From: Fimicolochytrium jonesii
Taxonomy: Eukaryota
NCBI RefSeq assembly: GCF_025526975.1
Contig: NW_026515680.1
Location: forward strand, 620,001 to 684,000
DNA length: 64,000 bases
Direction: 5' to 3'
Translations under genes and position numbers: made by a program
The notes under the pieces: model-generated
Databases searched by the model: none
What the model saw: only the letters and a program-made list of their open reading frames with translations
Told to the model about the DNA's origin: nothing
Part shown: in pieces, positions 13,002 to 24,779 of the stretch
How positions within the stretch are numbered: position 1 is the first letter of the stretch
Layout: each line of letters starts with the position of its first letter

Positions 13002-14864
13002 ATGTTCACCTTCGCTGTATGGTGCCGCCGTACAGCCAGATGCTTCTCGATCGCTCCCGCCCGTGACATTACGGTCAGTCCACTCGAACATTATCTCCAA
13101 CCACATTCCATAACTCCAACTTCGATACCCGGCTCTCTGCCAGCAACGATACCCCGCGAACCCGGCCTATATACTCTATTGCTCTTGCAAGCCCATACCG
13201 CGTACCTCAGCAAGGCAATGTCGTTCTTCAGTAAACGAACGCACACGAGGAGCAACCCCGACGTGAGGCTCCTCTCGATCGTAACGGGAATCTACGCGGA
13301 TAACAACGGGCCGGACGAAGCGGTCCGGTTTTTGGAAACTTTCAGCGGCAGAAGCGGCACGCGGCCCGACACACACTGCTACAACCAGATCTTAGCCCAC
13401 TGCGCGCGGACAAAGAACGTAGCAGCATTCCATGGAGTGGTGCAGCGCATGCATCACGCCGGCATGAACCCGAATGTATTCACGTACCTACACACGATGC
13501 AGATTTATGTCGAGACCGGGGACGGCGCGAAAGCAATGGAGGTGTGGGATCAAGCGAGGCGGATGGGATTGACGCCGCGGCGGCAGATGGACCGGTTGCT
13601 TGTGTCGGCGTACTTCTTGGAAGGGGATGTGAAGGGCGCAAGGAGGGTGTTGCGGGAGGCTGCCCCATCTCAGCGGATGTACACGGTGGTGATACAGGGG
13701 CTTTTGCGCTCTGGACTGGATGAGGAGGCGTTCGAGGTCTATGATCAGATGATCGAACACGGATTCGAGCCCAACGCGGTCACGTACACGATGCTGATGG
13801 ATATCTACGCCAAACGCGGCGATGAGGACATGGTCACAAAGTACTTTGACGAGATGGTCACCAGCGGACACCAGCCCGACGCCCATACCTACGGCGTGCT
13901 GATATGGACGGCGTTAAGGGTGCAGAGGTCGTATGATGTCGTTCTCCAACATCTCCGCGCGATGCATGCAGCCGACATTCCCCTCAACAAAGTCATCATG
14001 GCCACCATCATCGACGGCCTCTGCAGGCTGGGAATGACCGACGAAGCCCATACCCTCCTCCACGCAATGGACCCCCACCTCAAATCCCCCTTGGCAACCA
14101 CATCCTACATCCACGCAACCCTCAAATCCTACCACCTCACACCTACCGAAATCCGCCACCTCATTTCCACCCTCCCGGACACACCCACAACCCTACAAAT
14201 GGACGTCGTAACCTATACAGTCCTCATCACCGCCCACACCCGAACCCGTCAACACCTCCCCTTTGCAACCGTCCTCCTCAACGAAATGCTCGCACGGAAC
14301 ATTCAGCCGGACGCAGCAATATTCAACGCCCTCATCGCCGCCCACGCACGGCACGGCACCACCGAATCCACCCTCGCCGTGCTTACGCAGATGGAAGAAT
14401 ACGCCGTCCGACCCACCGTGGAGACGTTCACGACCCTCGTGTGGATGTACAACCGCAACGCCTGGTCTACACCCACCGATCTCACCAACCTCGACACGGC
14501 ACTCACCAACATCCGCACCTGCCTAACCTCCCACTCCCCGCGCGTCTCACCCGACCTCCGCCTCTTCACGACCCTCGCCCGCGCCTACGCCCGCCGCAAA
14601 GACGGCCCCACCCTCCGGCGGCTCATCGGTGAGATGACACATCTGGGGATAGAGGCGGATGAGGGGATGTGGAGGTTGTTGCTTGTGGCGTGTGAGGGGG
14701 ATGAGGGGGCTGTGGGGAGTGTGGCGCGGGAGATGGTGGGGAGGGGGGTGAGGATTGGGGAAGGGGGCTTGCGAGTGTTGGGGAAGTGGGGGATGAGGGT
14801 TAGGATGGTTGAGGGGGTTGTGAGGGTGGTGGGGAGGGATGGGGGGGTTGTGGGGGGTGGTTGA
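13002..14864 (+). CDS. Pentatricopeptide repeat (PPR) protein, probably mitochondrial
   Basis: Repeated 35-aa motifs (PDTHCYNQIL, PNVFTYLHTM, PNAVTYTMLM, PDAHTYGVLI, PDAAIFNALI). The Arg-rich N-terminus resembles a presequence. Confidence 0.92.
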   Translation: MFTFAVWCRRTARCFSIAPARDITVSPLEHYLQPHSITPTSIPGSLPATIPREPGLYTLLLLQAHTAYLSKAMSFFSKRTHTRSNPDVRLLSIVTGIYADNNGPDEAVRFLETFSGRSGTRPDTHCYNQILAHCARTKNVAAFHGVVQRMHHAGMNPNVFTYLHTMQIYVETGDGAKAMEVWDQARRMGLTPRRQMDRLLVSAYFLEGDVKGARRVLREAAPSQRMYTVVIQGLLRSGLDEEAFEVYDQMIEHGFEPNAVTYTMLMDIYAKRGDEDMVTKYFDEMVTSGHQPDAHTYGVLIWTALRVQRSYDVVLQHLRAMHAADIPLNKVIMATIIDGLCRLGMTDEAHTLLHAMDPHLKSPLATTSYIHATLKSYHLTPTEIRHLISTLPDTPTTLQMDVVTYTVLITAHTRTRQHLPFATVLLNEMLARNIQPDAAIFNALIAAHARHGTTESTLAVLTQMEEYAVRPTVETFTTLVWMYNRNAWSTPTDLTNLDTALTNIRTCLTSHSPRVSPDLRLFTTLARAYARRKDGPTLRRLIGEMTHLGIEADEGMWRLLLVACEGDEGAVGSVAREMVGRGVRIGEGGLRVLGKWGMRVRMVEGVVRVVGRDGGVVGGG

Positions 14865-15575
14865 TGGCGAAGAGTGGAGTACGATTTAGGTCCGTTCTGG
14901 ATACCGAGACTCGATTGTGGACATTTGCATCATCGCCTGGTGGAGTACGACCTGGTTTTCAAGATACTCGGCTGTGGACGTTATCGCGGGAATGCATTCA
15001 CACATTCATCAGCGGGTCACGCCGGATCGTGCCTCAACCCTCACGTCACACTCGAAAACCCCATTTCGTACCCAGTAAGTCTATTGGATTATCGCATTGG
15101 CGGATCGCACTTTCTGAGCAACCAAACCCCTAATCAATGATCTCTCGTTTCACCAGTCGCCCAACCGGGATCCGAGTCGGTATAAGACCACGCCCCCAGA
15201 TGTCCTGTAGATAGACCGCGCCTCAGATCCCCTCCACCCCCCGAATCCGCAACCATGGCGTCCCCGTTCATCTCCCGCCCCCCGACATCGGCCGCTTCCC
15301 ATCACCCCCAGTCGAACACAAACCACCGACCGAGCGATGGCGAGATACATCCCCCGCCTCCTGCGATATCCGTATATGTGCATGTATAATGTATATGGCC
15401 TGGCGAAACGCGGTGGGAAAGTGAGATTGGGTTGTTGGGAGTTTCGGCAGGAACTGGGGGGTTTTTTGTGAAGTGGGAAAGCTGGGATTTTGGCAGATCT
15501 GCGGGGATGATCAGGCTTGAGTGGGATCTCGAGGTTGGGGAGCTGGGGATTTTGCAAAAGTCAAAGACAGCAAAC

Positions 15576-15814
15576 ATGTCTCTTCTCTACCCAGTTCGGA
15601 ACGTCCACACTCAAACGTTCGAACGTCTCGATGCCCAAAAACGTGGTTATATTCTCGATCTATGTACATTCCGGAAAACGGTGAGAGAGCTGTATCTCCT
15701 GCTGCTGTATCTACTGTATCTCAGCCCCTAATACAGGTGATACCTAAACCTGCGGGTAGACGCCGTAACTACCCTCATCAAGCGGTTCCAAAAACCCCGT
15801 CGCTGGTCGGGTAA
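15576..15814 (+). CDS. Possible small spliced ORF (about 60 aa), intron 15681-15736
   Basis: GTGAGA donor, CCTAAT branch point and CAG acceptor in phase 0. No recognisable domain. Confidence 0.3.
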
Positions 15815-17126
15815 TCTGTCTACGAACGTGTGCATAGGCTGCTGCCTATTATCGTCTCCTCCCCTGAATTTGGCAGTGTGTTGCGTTGAGCGGGTATTTG
15901 CGTCTATCGACGTTTTGTCTGCCGGCCGCTTCGACCGAGGAGGCGAGAACTGGCCGCGGGGAAATCTGGCAGAGACGCGAGTCCTAGCTCCGGTTGAAGA
16001 GCGAGGATTGCTTCCCGAAGTCGTCGGCAGCCCGCCAGATGCACAACCGGTGCTTCGACCGGTCGTCGATGGAGGAAGTCTTGATTCGCACCCGGCGGTG
16101 CCGAACCCCTTTCCGCGTGCGGAGGGCCCCTTCCTTATCGGATTCGGGTGAATGAAGCGGTCGTTTCCCTCTGCGGATGTCCGTCCGTCGCGGGATTCCT
16201 GTTCGACGATCGCCAGATTCCTGGCCAACAGCATCATGTGAAGGTCCGGTGAATTTTCTTCTCGGTCCTCGCGTCAGATCGACCAAGTTCGGGTCCGCCC
16301 TTCATCTTCCGCTCACCCCGCTGACGCCATCCCAGAGCTTTACCCGTCTCAGAGAGTACCAGCAAGCATTGCGCCCGTTCGGAACAGGGATCTGCCAGCC
16401 ACCACAACCCCGCGCGCCGTCCTCTTTGTTTGCCATCCAAAGGTGCTTTGGAAACGCTGGGAGTGTTCAGCGCCGATTGGACGCACCGCGGCGAAAGCTT
16501 TAGGGAAGAGGATCATCGATGCCGCATTCGCTCATCGCTGGATCTTTGTCGACTCGGGAGTTTCTAACAACACCAGAATAACCACCCATCCAAGCTACTC
16601 AGCAAATGCACGGTGCTGGTCTTCACGCGCAATCAAGCCCCCGCCTCCCGGACCCTCCGTGCTGAACGCCGTGGAAGAAGATGGGTCAGTTGATAGGTTG
16701 AAGCCCTAATGCGAGGCATCATCGGCACCATCATCAAGACCAACATGCCGAAGCGGAAGCGAACGCTCGTCCCACCCCTGGTGCTGGGCCAGCTTACCTA
16801 TTCCCGTGAGTCTTTGCTGTCTTGAATTCGCCTTTTATCTTGCGTTGAACAACGGTTTCTAGGCTACTGGCAAGACATCCCACCCGCCCAATATGATCCA
16901 ATCACGTATGCCAGGTTTAGAATCGGAACAGAACCGTACAAAGTTCACACGGAGCGATCAATTGTACAAAGCTTTAAGAGAAACGTGGGAATATTGTCTC
17001 GTGGACTGGGAGCCTTTTCCCATCGGAAAAGTGCGGAGAAAATCCTCAACAAATCCAACTTAAGTAGAAATCCTTTCTGGTCCGGCTGTCACCTGTTTTT
17101 CTGGAACGAAACACCCTCCACCCCAC

Positions 17127-17350
17127 ATGCAGGCCACTCGGGCTCATGCAGGTCCCCGTGCTGGCCACTCGGGCACGCGGGGACCATTGGGAATAGTGGG
17201 CAGGACCTGCCTAGTGAGTCTCCGCGGAGTCTCACGGTCCTGTTTAGGGTCCTTCATGCATGTTATCAGTCTGGCTCCAGGCCCAGGAACTGCGTGGGCC
17301 ACTCGGGCTCATGTAGGTCCCTGTGCTGGCCCTCAGGCACGCAGGGATCA
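17127..17350. repeat. Imperfect ~55-bp direct repeat (two copies)
   Basis: GGCCACTCGGGCTCATG(C/T)AGGTCCC(C/T)GTGCTGGCC...GGCACGC occurs at about 17132 and about 17297. Confidence 0.8.
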
Positions 17351-18621
17351 CCGGTTCTGTTCAAAGGCCAGGAAGCATGACAGATTGCGTGCACGGAGGT
17401 CGTTCCTTCTTTTATACATCGTGCTAACCCGCTAGTCTCTTGTTAAAGGCAAGCGATTACTTCGGCGCTTTGTCTACATGGCTTGGGAGCCCGGAAGCAA
17501 CTACATTGCAAACACTAGCGAAAGTGCAATCATCCGCCGAGCTGATCTCGGCAAAGGTAATAGCAGCTTCAGCATTTTCAATTTTCATGCGCATGTATTT
17601 TAACACGTCGCGATCAGACTGCCGAAACACATAGTGCCCTGGTTGCATAGCAAACATGGACCGGCTGTCTGGAAACAATGCAGAGCGAGGTAGGTGCTTG
17701 TACAGACACCCAGTCTTTTCATACGGGCCGAAATAACCTACTCCTGCTGCCGCATAGGATGAGGAAGAGCAACCCCCGTTTCCAAAGAAGCAACGGCAAT
17801 TAACTCCACTTTCCTCAAGCTCCGATGAACATGAGCCTTTCTTTGACGTGACTCCATTGACTGACCTTCGGCCCAGCGCTGTTAGTGATTTGCGTCAAAG
17901 TCAACATATTGAGTCGCCCGACAACTGCCACCAAACTTCACATGCACCGTACATTGATCAGTTATGGAAACTCGCTGAAATTCTGGGAACAAATCACAAC
18001 TTTTACCAGCGACAACGGGGCCGACATGCCTTAGCAAAACTGGATTGGAGCTGCGTACCGGAAGAATTGTACAAACAGGCGGGACTTCCCGAATTGCCAA
18101 CCGAAGAAAGGCCTGCGAAGCTCCTACCAATGATAGACCTCAACACGGTTTCGCACATTCTCAACGAGAACTCAACAACGGCGCCAATCATCCCGGTACT
18201 GGTCGGGTTGCCAGTTGTAGGGAGGAGTCTGTTAGCTCGTCTGATTCCTGGCCTGTACCGCGCCCACTATTACATCGATTCCCTGACAATAATCTCAATA
18301 GTTTCAACAATGGTCACGTATTGCCCAACGCCGGCGAGAGGACCTGGAGCCAGGCCGTCGGAAGCACAAGTCCGCCAATTTTGGGCGAAAATCTTTGGCA
18401 AGGCCGTTTCATGTCATACAGCAACGGTCAAGTTAGTGATGGAATTCCAACATCAGCTGCCTGGACATTCCGGGGAAGGCTCCGCCAGGGGGGACATTGC
18501 GTTAATTGCATCTGGCTACGACGGTGCCTTCTTCGCGGGATTGATTGCGGAAGTGCAAGTCAACGGGACCGAACGCCACAAAGACAGTGTCGTGGTCGTT
18601 TCCGAGGCCGTATTCGAACTA

Positions 18622-18757
18622 CCCGTGCCAAAGGTCTCGTATCATACTCGACCCGGTACTTCCCGCGCTGCGTGAAGCCGGGCACTCTCTTCCAGTGGCG
18701 CGACTGGAAGAGAGTGGCGCGACTGCGGGCGAGTATGATACGAGACCTTGGCACGAG
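18622..18757. mobile_element. 136-bp MITE with ~29-bp terminal inverted repeats and TA target-site duplication (Tc1/mariner-type)
   Basis: The left end CCCGTGCCAAAGGTCTCGTATCATACTCG is the near-perfect reverse complement of the right end CGAGTATGATACGAGACCTTGGCACGAG. TA lies at 18620-21 and 18758-59. There is an internal hairpin CACTCTCTTCCAGT/ACTGGAAGAGAGTG. Confidence 0.88.
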
Positions 18758-21533
18758 TAGGACGCATACTAGCAAACGCGCGGGGGATAACAACTTCCGA
18801 AGTCAACAGCATCAAACTGTATGTCGTGCTCATTAATGGCTTACATGTGACGTTCTCCACCATACGCCCTATCTATAATGAAGCCGACCGGAGCCTTATC
18901 TATCTACAAGACGCCGCGGTACGCACATTCGAGCTCGGACCAGCAGCGGAAAGGATCCAAGATGCTCTGGATCTGATTGTCTTCCTGCGCACTACAATTA
19001 TACCCAACAATGATCTTAGAAAGCGGCTTGTATCGCGGGAAGGTGCAGCGTATAATGCAGAGCTCATTTCTGCTTTGCCGCAACTTCCGGTCCAAGTCGC
19101 GGCTTCACGTACAGCTTCCGCAGTGTTCACTCCAGTGAAGAAATGTGGTTAAGCCATATGTATAAATGTTATAAATGTATTTATGTACAATGAAGTAAAT
19201 TGCGAAGCCAATTTGAGAAAATGTGCCCTAGCTACCTTGCAACCATCAACCAAATTCTCTCGCGCGTGCTTCCATTCCACACCAATACACCCTGAATTCT
19301 CCCCGGCCGAGAATTCTTCGTACCGGTACTGCGTGAGATGAGTGTCCTTGGGGAGCGCCAAGATGTAATCACACTTCTTTGGACCAGGATCCGATTTGCA
19401 GGTGCTGCTGAGCGTTTCCGAGTTCCGCACAGGAGCCAAGGCACTAGGCCGTTACATGTTCCTTATACTGTATGTCCCAGTCAAATCCTTCCCTTTCTGC
19501 CTTCCCTTCACACTTCTCACTGATACCGGATCTTCCACCTTTTAGTCCGGCCTGTCCTACCGTAGCCATGAGGCCCCATGAGGCCCCATGAGTGGTTGAC
19601 GTACTTCTCTCGGTGTTCGTTTTCAGTCAGTAGTGTTGCGTCGCCTATTATCCCCTCCCCTCCTCTCATATTTGTCGTCATGTAGTCGAGTTTGGGAATT
19701 GTTCATACCTCGTAGATTTGATCCTACTTTTACTCCACCTGCTTCACCCTTCGACTCGGTTTGAGAAATGTTTATGGCTCAAGAAAAAAGACACATAGAA
19801 CAGACAGAGAATCAACAGATTGTAGAAACCTCTAAACCTGTCTGTTCGGCTTCACGCTCTGTCGAGGTCAGTCTTGTCGACCATGTCAGATTCGAGACAC
19901 TCGAGAATATGAGCCACTTAGACCCAACTTCGTGTGAGCACGGGTCGCACCGTCCCATTTTCGATTTTGCACGATCGCTACTGTCGAGGAGGGAGTCTCG
20001 CCGTTATGGTAGTAGATATAGAAGCTATGGGGTTTTGGCCTATGGGTATGCGTAAATGATCCCAGGTTTACCGTTGATGTGGAAGGGCTGGCAATCCTCC
20101 AATTAGCTCAGCGTGAACGTCGAAACGAGACCCGCCACTACTTTCTGGAGCTGTTTTCCATCTGCGCGACATACACCTGAAGGCTCCTCAGGATACCGGA
20201 AGCAGGGCTTCCTAGCAACGTTTAACTGACACTCGCCAGGATTTTTTGATGTGCGACCTGGACCATGCGACACCTGAGTTAAGCACGGCTTACTGGCCAT
20301 TGATAGCTTCGAAAACCAGGCAGTCGAATAGCACGTCGATTCACCCACCATGTATCGACCGCACTCACAATCGACGGCCCAGCTCTACCACGTAAGTCAC
20401 TGGACTGATGCATGGACACCGCCATCTTATTGGATCTTCTGGTACATGGCCGCTGAATGGCGCCCATCGTTGATGTGGTTCGTCGGAGAGACGATCCGGC
20501 GTCGGACACCCTCGCTTTCATCTTCGATGTGCGACGGCGGCCGATTGACGGCATCTGTTCGCAGTGTGGGATTGCAGCTCGAATCTGTTGCACCGGTGAT
20601 CGTATTCAGTGCAGGCAAAAAGGATGTATTCGGCCTCAATTTCAAAATATGTACATAAAATGCGCTCGCAAAACAGATATCAAGCCAAGACGCCGCCCCT
20701 TTCGCAACCCACATCTACATCTTACTCTTCACACCCCCAACCCCACTCCCCGCGCTCCCCCACTCATCCCGATGCATGGGGTCCTCCTCGGTAACCAATT
20801 TCGGGTGCTGATTGTTCTGCACCGCCTGCCTCCCCGTCGCCGCAGCGGCCTCGTCGGCGGATTTGGGAACGATGCCGCCGTCGATTTCGGTGCGGCCTTT
20901 GAGTTTGGTGAGGTCGGCGGCGGTGGTGGAGGACGGGGATGACGAGGGAGAGTGGGTTGCAGGCTCGGCGCCCGCGGCGTTGGGGCGGGAGGCGAAGGTG
21001 TCTGGAGTCGGTTTTGTGGGGGATGGGCTGCGAGGAATTGCGGGGATAGATTAGATGAGAATGCAAACCCCCCTTTTCTCCAACTGGCATGCCCAACTTG
21101 CGCAAAAGCTGGGGCCCCACTACACCTCACCTTTTGGCGCTCGGCTTGCCACTCTTGTCGAAATCCGTGGACGCGTCCTTGTCCAGCCCGCCGAACGTCT
21201 GCTTCCAGGTGGGTTTCGGAGTAGGCATGGCTTGTGTATTCGTGATCTACGCGTGGTTTGGATGCTTGCTGGTGGTGGATCGAGGTCGGATTGACAAAGA
21301 TCGTGTTTCTTTTGGCCAAACGGTGATATCCCGGTCCCTCTGAGTGGTCTCGGGGGTATTTATGCAGTCCACTGGAGTCCAGGAATGAGCACCTTCCCCC
21401 GGCATCAGCCCCCGATGGTGAAAACAAAGACCTGCACTTGCTTGTTTTTCCCTGCGATCTGCAGGTGATGTCACCAGCGACGCACGGCCATTGGGGGCAT
21501 TTTGCGGATCATCTGCCGAATTTGGAATTGACG

Positions 21534-21601
21534 CCAAATATCGACAGCGCGTCTCCAAACATCGACAGCGCGTCTCCAAATATCGACAGCGCGTCTCCAA
21601 A
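21534..21601. repeat. 21-bp tandem repeat x3
   Basis: CCAAA(T/C)ATCGACAGCGCGTCT occurs three times. The minus strand reads the heptad LETRCR(Y/C). Confidence 0.9.
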
Positions 21602-22597
21602 GCTTCAAGGTCGACGTTCAAACTTTCTTGCAGCTCAATGAGGATTGAGAACGGCGATGGGCGACACAACACGGGGAAATTTTGCCTACCGCAAGAGCTT
21701 TGGTTGGGTTGTGAGGAGGGGTGGCTGGATGATTTCCGACGCCCCGATATGTGTCGAGGCGTTCATATTGCCCTGCCGCCACGCGTCCTCTGCACCCAGT
21801 GACAGCTGCTTCACTCGAAAGGCGGGACGTTCGCCATGTGGAGGCAACGGAGAGCGGTAACCGGATGCGTCAATATTACATGTTATGATTTTCACGGGAG
21901 CATGCATTGCCGGGCCTGGAGGATAGAGGAGTTCTGCAAAGCCGAGGGGATGTAGTCCGCACCAGGCGATCGCCCAGGCGGGTAGGGTGAATGGAAAGGA
22001 CATGGTCGCCAAGCTCGATGAATTTGTGGACGATCTGGCCGGAACCAGTAATTCATCTGGGATTGCTGTTGGTAGCCCACGGAACCATTTCTCACAGGAA
22101 GACTGTTCGCATTCGGAGCGGGGGAGGTGTATGCTCCATTGCTACCTCTCCTCATCCATTGAACTCATGAACTACGTTCCTCGTCCAGAGCATACAGTGA
22201 TTTCAGTCTCCATCACGCGCACTTGTGAACATTGACATTGAGAGCAACAATTTTCATTAAGATAAATAAATAATAAATATAGTAAATAAAAATACAAAAA
22301 CACAAACACAACGCCACTCGCGCCCCTAGTACCGCCCCTAGTACTGTACATCGGTATAGGAGAGCGATGTTGGGCATGCGCGTAATGTTCTCAACAATTC
22401 ACCGTGGTACTCGCGTTCAAAAGCGCACGCTCGGAGCCCCAGGGCACGGCCCCGCAGGGACACCGGTCATCGCTTCGGCGGCAGTCGGCGGGCCAAACAC
22501 AGGCAGCCCCACCCCCTGATTATGGGAAATGAGAGGAAACAGATGCAGTTAGCAGAAATCCTTGTGATTCGAAGAGCATGAGGATCTGAACAGTGAT

Positions 22598-24779
22598 TCA
22601 ACTTACCGGAAAGCCAACACCCGCAAAAAACGCCGCCCGGGCATCGAGCACGGCGGCGGCTGGTGCAGCCGCACCTGCGTACTGTTGCCGGGGCTGCTGG
22701 TGAGGAGGGGTGGTGGTGTCGGTGGTGGTGGGGATGGTGGTGTGGGGGTGTGCGGGGGTGGAAAGAGGAGGAGCGATCGCTGGCGCCCATCCCCCTTCTG
22801 GATGAGGAGGAGGAGGGTCCGGCGGCGGAGGAGGCGGCGGAGGAGGAGGACGACGAGGACGAGGAGGCGGAGGGACCGGCGGCGGCGGAGGAGGACGACT
22901 ACGACAATGAGGGACCGGCGGCGGCTTTGAGGTTTGCATTTGGGCCGTCATTGCCGCGAGGCGTCGCTCAAGCTTGCGCGCCCTCTCCGCAGCGCGTAGG
23001 ACCTGGCGCTTGCTCAGCTCCCTTTTCGCGACGCGCCCGTCGCGATTGGCGGCTTGGGAGTCCGTGGGCAAGCCGGCATCCGAGTACCTTGGCCCCGCGT
23101 ACGACTTTGACCGCCGGTCTTTCTTGGCCACGGTGGGTGAGTGTGCGGTGAGTGGGCGGAGGTTTGGGTGGAGAGGGTTGGGTGGATGGTGGGGGTGTAC
23201 CCACCGAGTCTCCAACCATACGCTGGTGTGTACCCACCCCAAAACGAGCCCAGCCGTTCCCCACGAAAGCAACCAAACGTTCACAATCTGCCACTTCAGC
23301 TCCCCTCTCCACAGCGCCTGTGGCAAGGCCAGCAGCTGAACATCCACCTTCTTCCCCGCCTCCAATGACGCCGAAAGCAGGCGGACCATGGTGAGAAACC
23401 CGACGGATCCCCACATGGACTCCCCGATGGGGACGTATAGACGCATAAGCGTGTACACCATGGCTGCAAGGTGAACAGATCCTTGCCATTCCACAAAACG
23501 CAATGCGTGGAAAGGATTTATCCGCCAGCCCCAACCCCACATATGACCCATCTGACGCTGAAGAAAGAGGTTGGTGGTGAATTTTCAGAGCCGTCAGAGG
23601 TACTACGAAAACTGAGGAACAACATACCAGCGCTCCCCTCACACCTCCCGCTTTCGCACCCCCCCCCCCCCCCCCCCACCACCCCCACCAATCGTCTCCC
23701 AACCGACTTTCCAGCCAAACCGAAAAGTCCGCGCATCCCAAAATGCATCGAGTATGTGTTTTCCTTCCCTTTCCCGACTTTGATAGTCCCCAGCGCCATC
23801 CGTCCCTCTTCGATCTCCTATTCGCTGTCATTATTGATTTGGTGATGTCTTCCTGTGGTGAGGAATGTGAATGAGACCTTCTGACCGGCCGATATGAATA
23901 GTGCGGGGGGTTGAGAAGCGGGTGCGCGTGACGAGACGGCGCAAGTCGGCGGGGTCGGGGCCGCTGGATGAGGAGGCGTGGGTGGGCAGTTGTGACGAGA
24001 GTATGGAGGCGATCTCCGTTGGGGGGCGGCAGACGCCCCAGTGCCTTGGCCGCGAATCCTTGCGTGTCAAAGTCGGGCGTCGCGGTGCGCTTCACCTCCT
24101 CCGCGTTCGACTCGATTAGTGCGTTTTCCATCTCGGCGTCAATGTCGATGGCAGAGACACCAGCTCCGACACCGACATCCATGTATCCGGCCTTGCTGGC
24201 ACCAGCAATGTTTCCACAGCTCGCGAGACCGCTGGAGCATTGCTTGTTGACCGCGGAGAGGGCAACAGATTCTGGGTCTCCGGCATCGAGCGCACCCATA
24301 CGCGACGTGGTCACAGCGGCTCCGACACCGACATCGATGTATCCGGCCGTGATGGCACCAGAAATGTTTCCGAGACCGCTGGAGCATTGCGTGCTGAGCG
24401 CGGAGAGGGCATCAGATTCTGGGTATCTGGCGTGGAGCGTACCCATAGGCGACGTGGCTAAACCGTTCTTTGGCTTCGCCGGTGTTAGGTTGTCGTGTCC
24501 GTAGTTGTACTGCCCTTCGTTGACGCTCTCGCTGATCTTCTCATCGTTGCAATTGCCGTCGAATGGAGCCGTGGCGTGCTTGCAAGGGGGGAGGCTGTGG
24601 TGGTGCGGGGCGGGGAGTTGCTGTGGATGATGTTGGGACGGGTGGTGTCGATGCTGTTGCCTCTTCGACTCCTTCATGAAGGCCGCGAACATCGATGCTG
24701 TTGCCTCTTTGACTCCTTCATGAAGGCGGCGAACAAGAGGAACCGTTCGGTATCTTCTTTGAAGCTGATGGCAAGCCAC
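22598..24779 (-). CDS. Hypothetical low-complexity/membrane protein region (gene model unresolved)
   Basis: Overlapping long ORFs (603 and 317 aa) with hydrophobic segments near 23230-23510, poly-Pro stretches, and an AT-rich tract at 22250-22310 that could be a 3' end. Confidence 0.3.
24161..24432. repeat. Internal ~120-bp duplication, in frame in the minus ORF
   Basis: Copies at about 24161-24283 and 24317-24432 encode ES.ALSA...QCSSGL..GNI.GA..AGY.DVGVGA twice. Confidence 0.85.

Larger units (their letters stand above)
16745..19152 (+). pseudogene. Multi-exon gene with C-terminal PD-(D/E)xK restriction-endonuclease-like domain (Crinkler/CR-REase-type), interrupted by a MITE
   Basis: The pattern SEAQVRQFWAKIF...RGDI...LIAEVQ...HKD is present. 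ORFs 17848-18675 and 18748-19152 fuse in frame when the 18622-18757 insert plus one TA is removed. The NLS-like start MPKRKR is present, but the 5' exon structure is not fully resolved. Confidence 0.5.

Noticed and set aside
21534..21601. CRISPR-like or regulatory array
   Set aside because: A simple tandem 21-mer without spacers.
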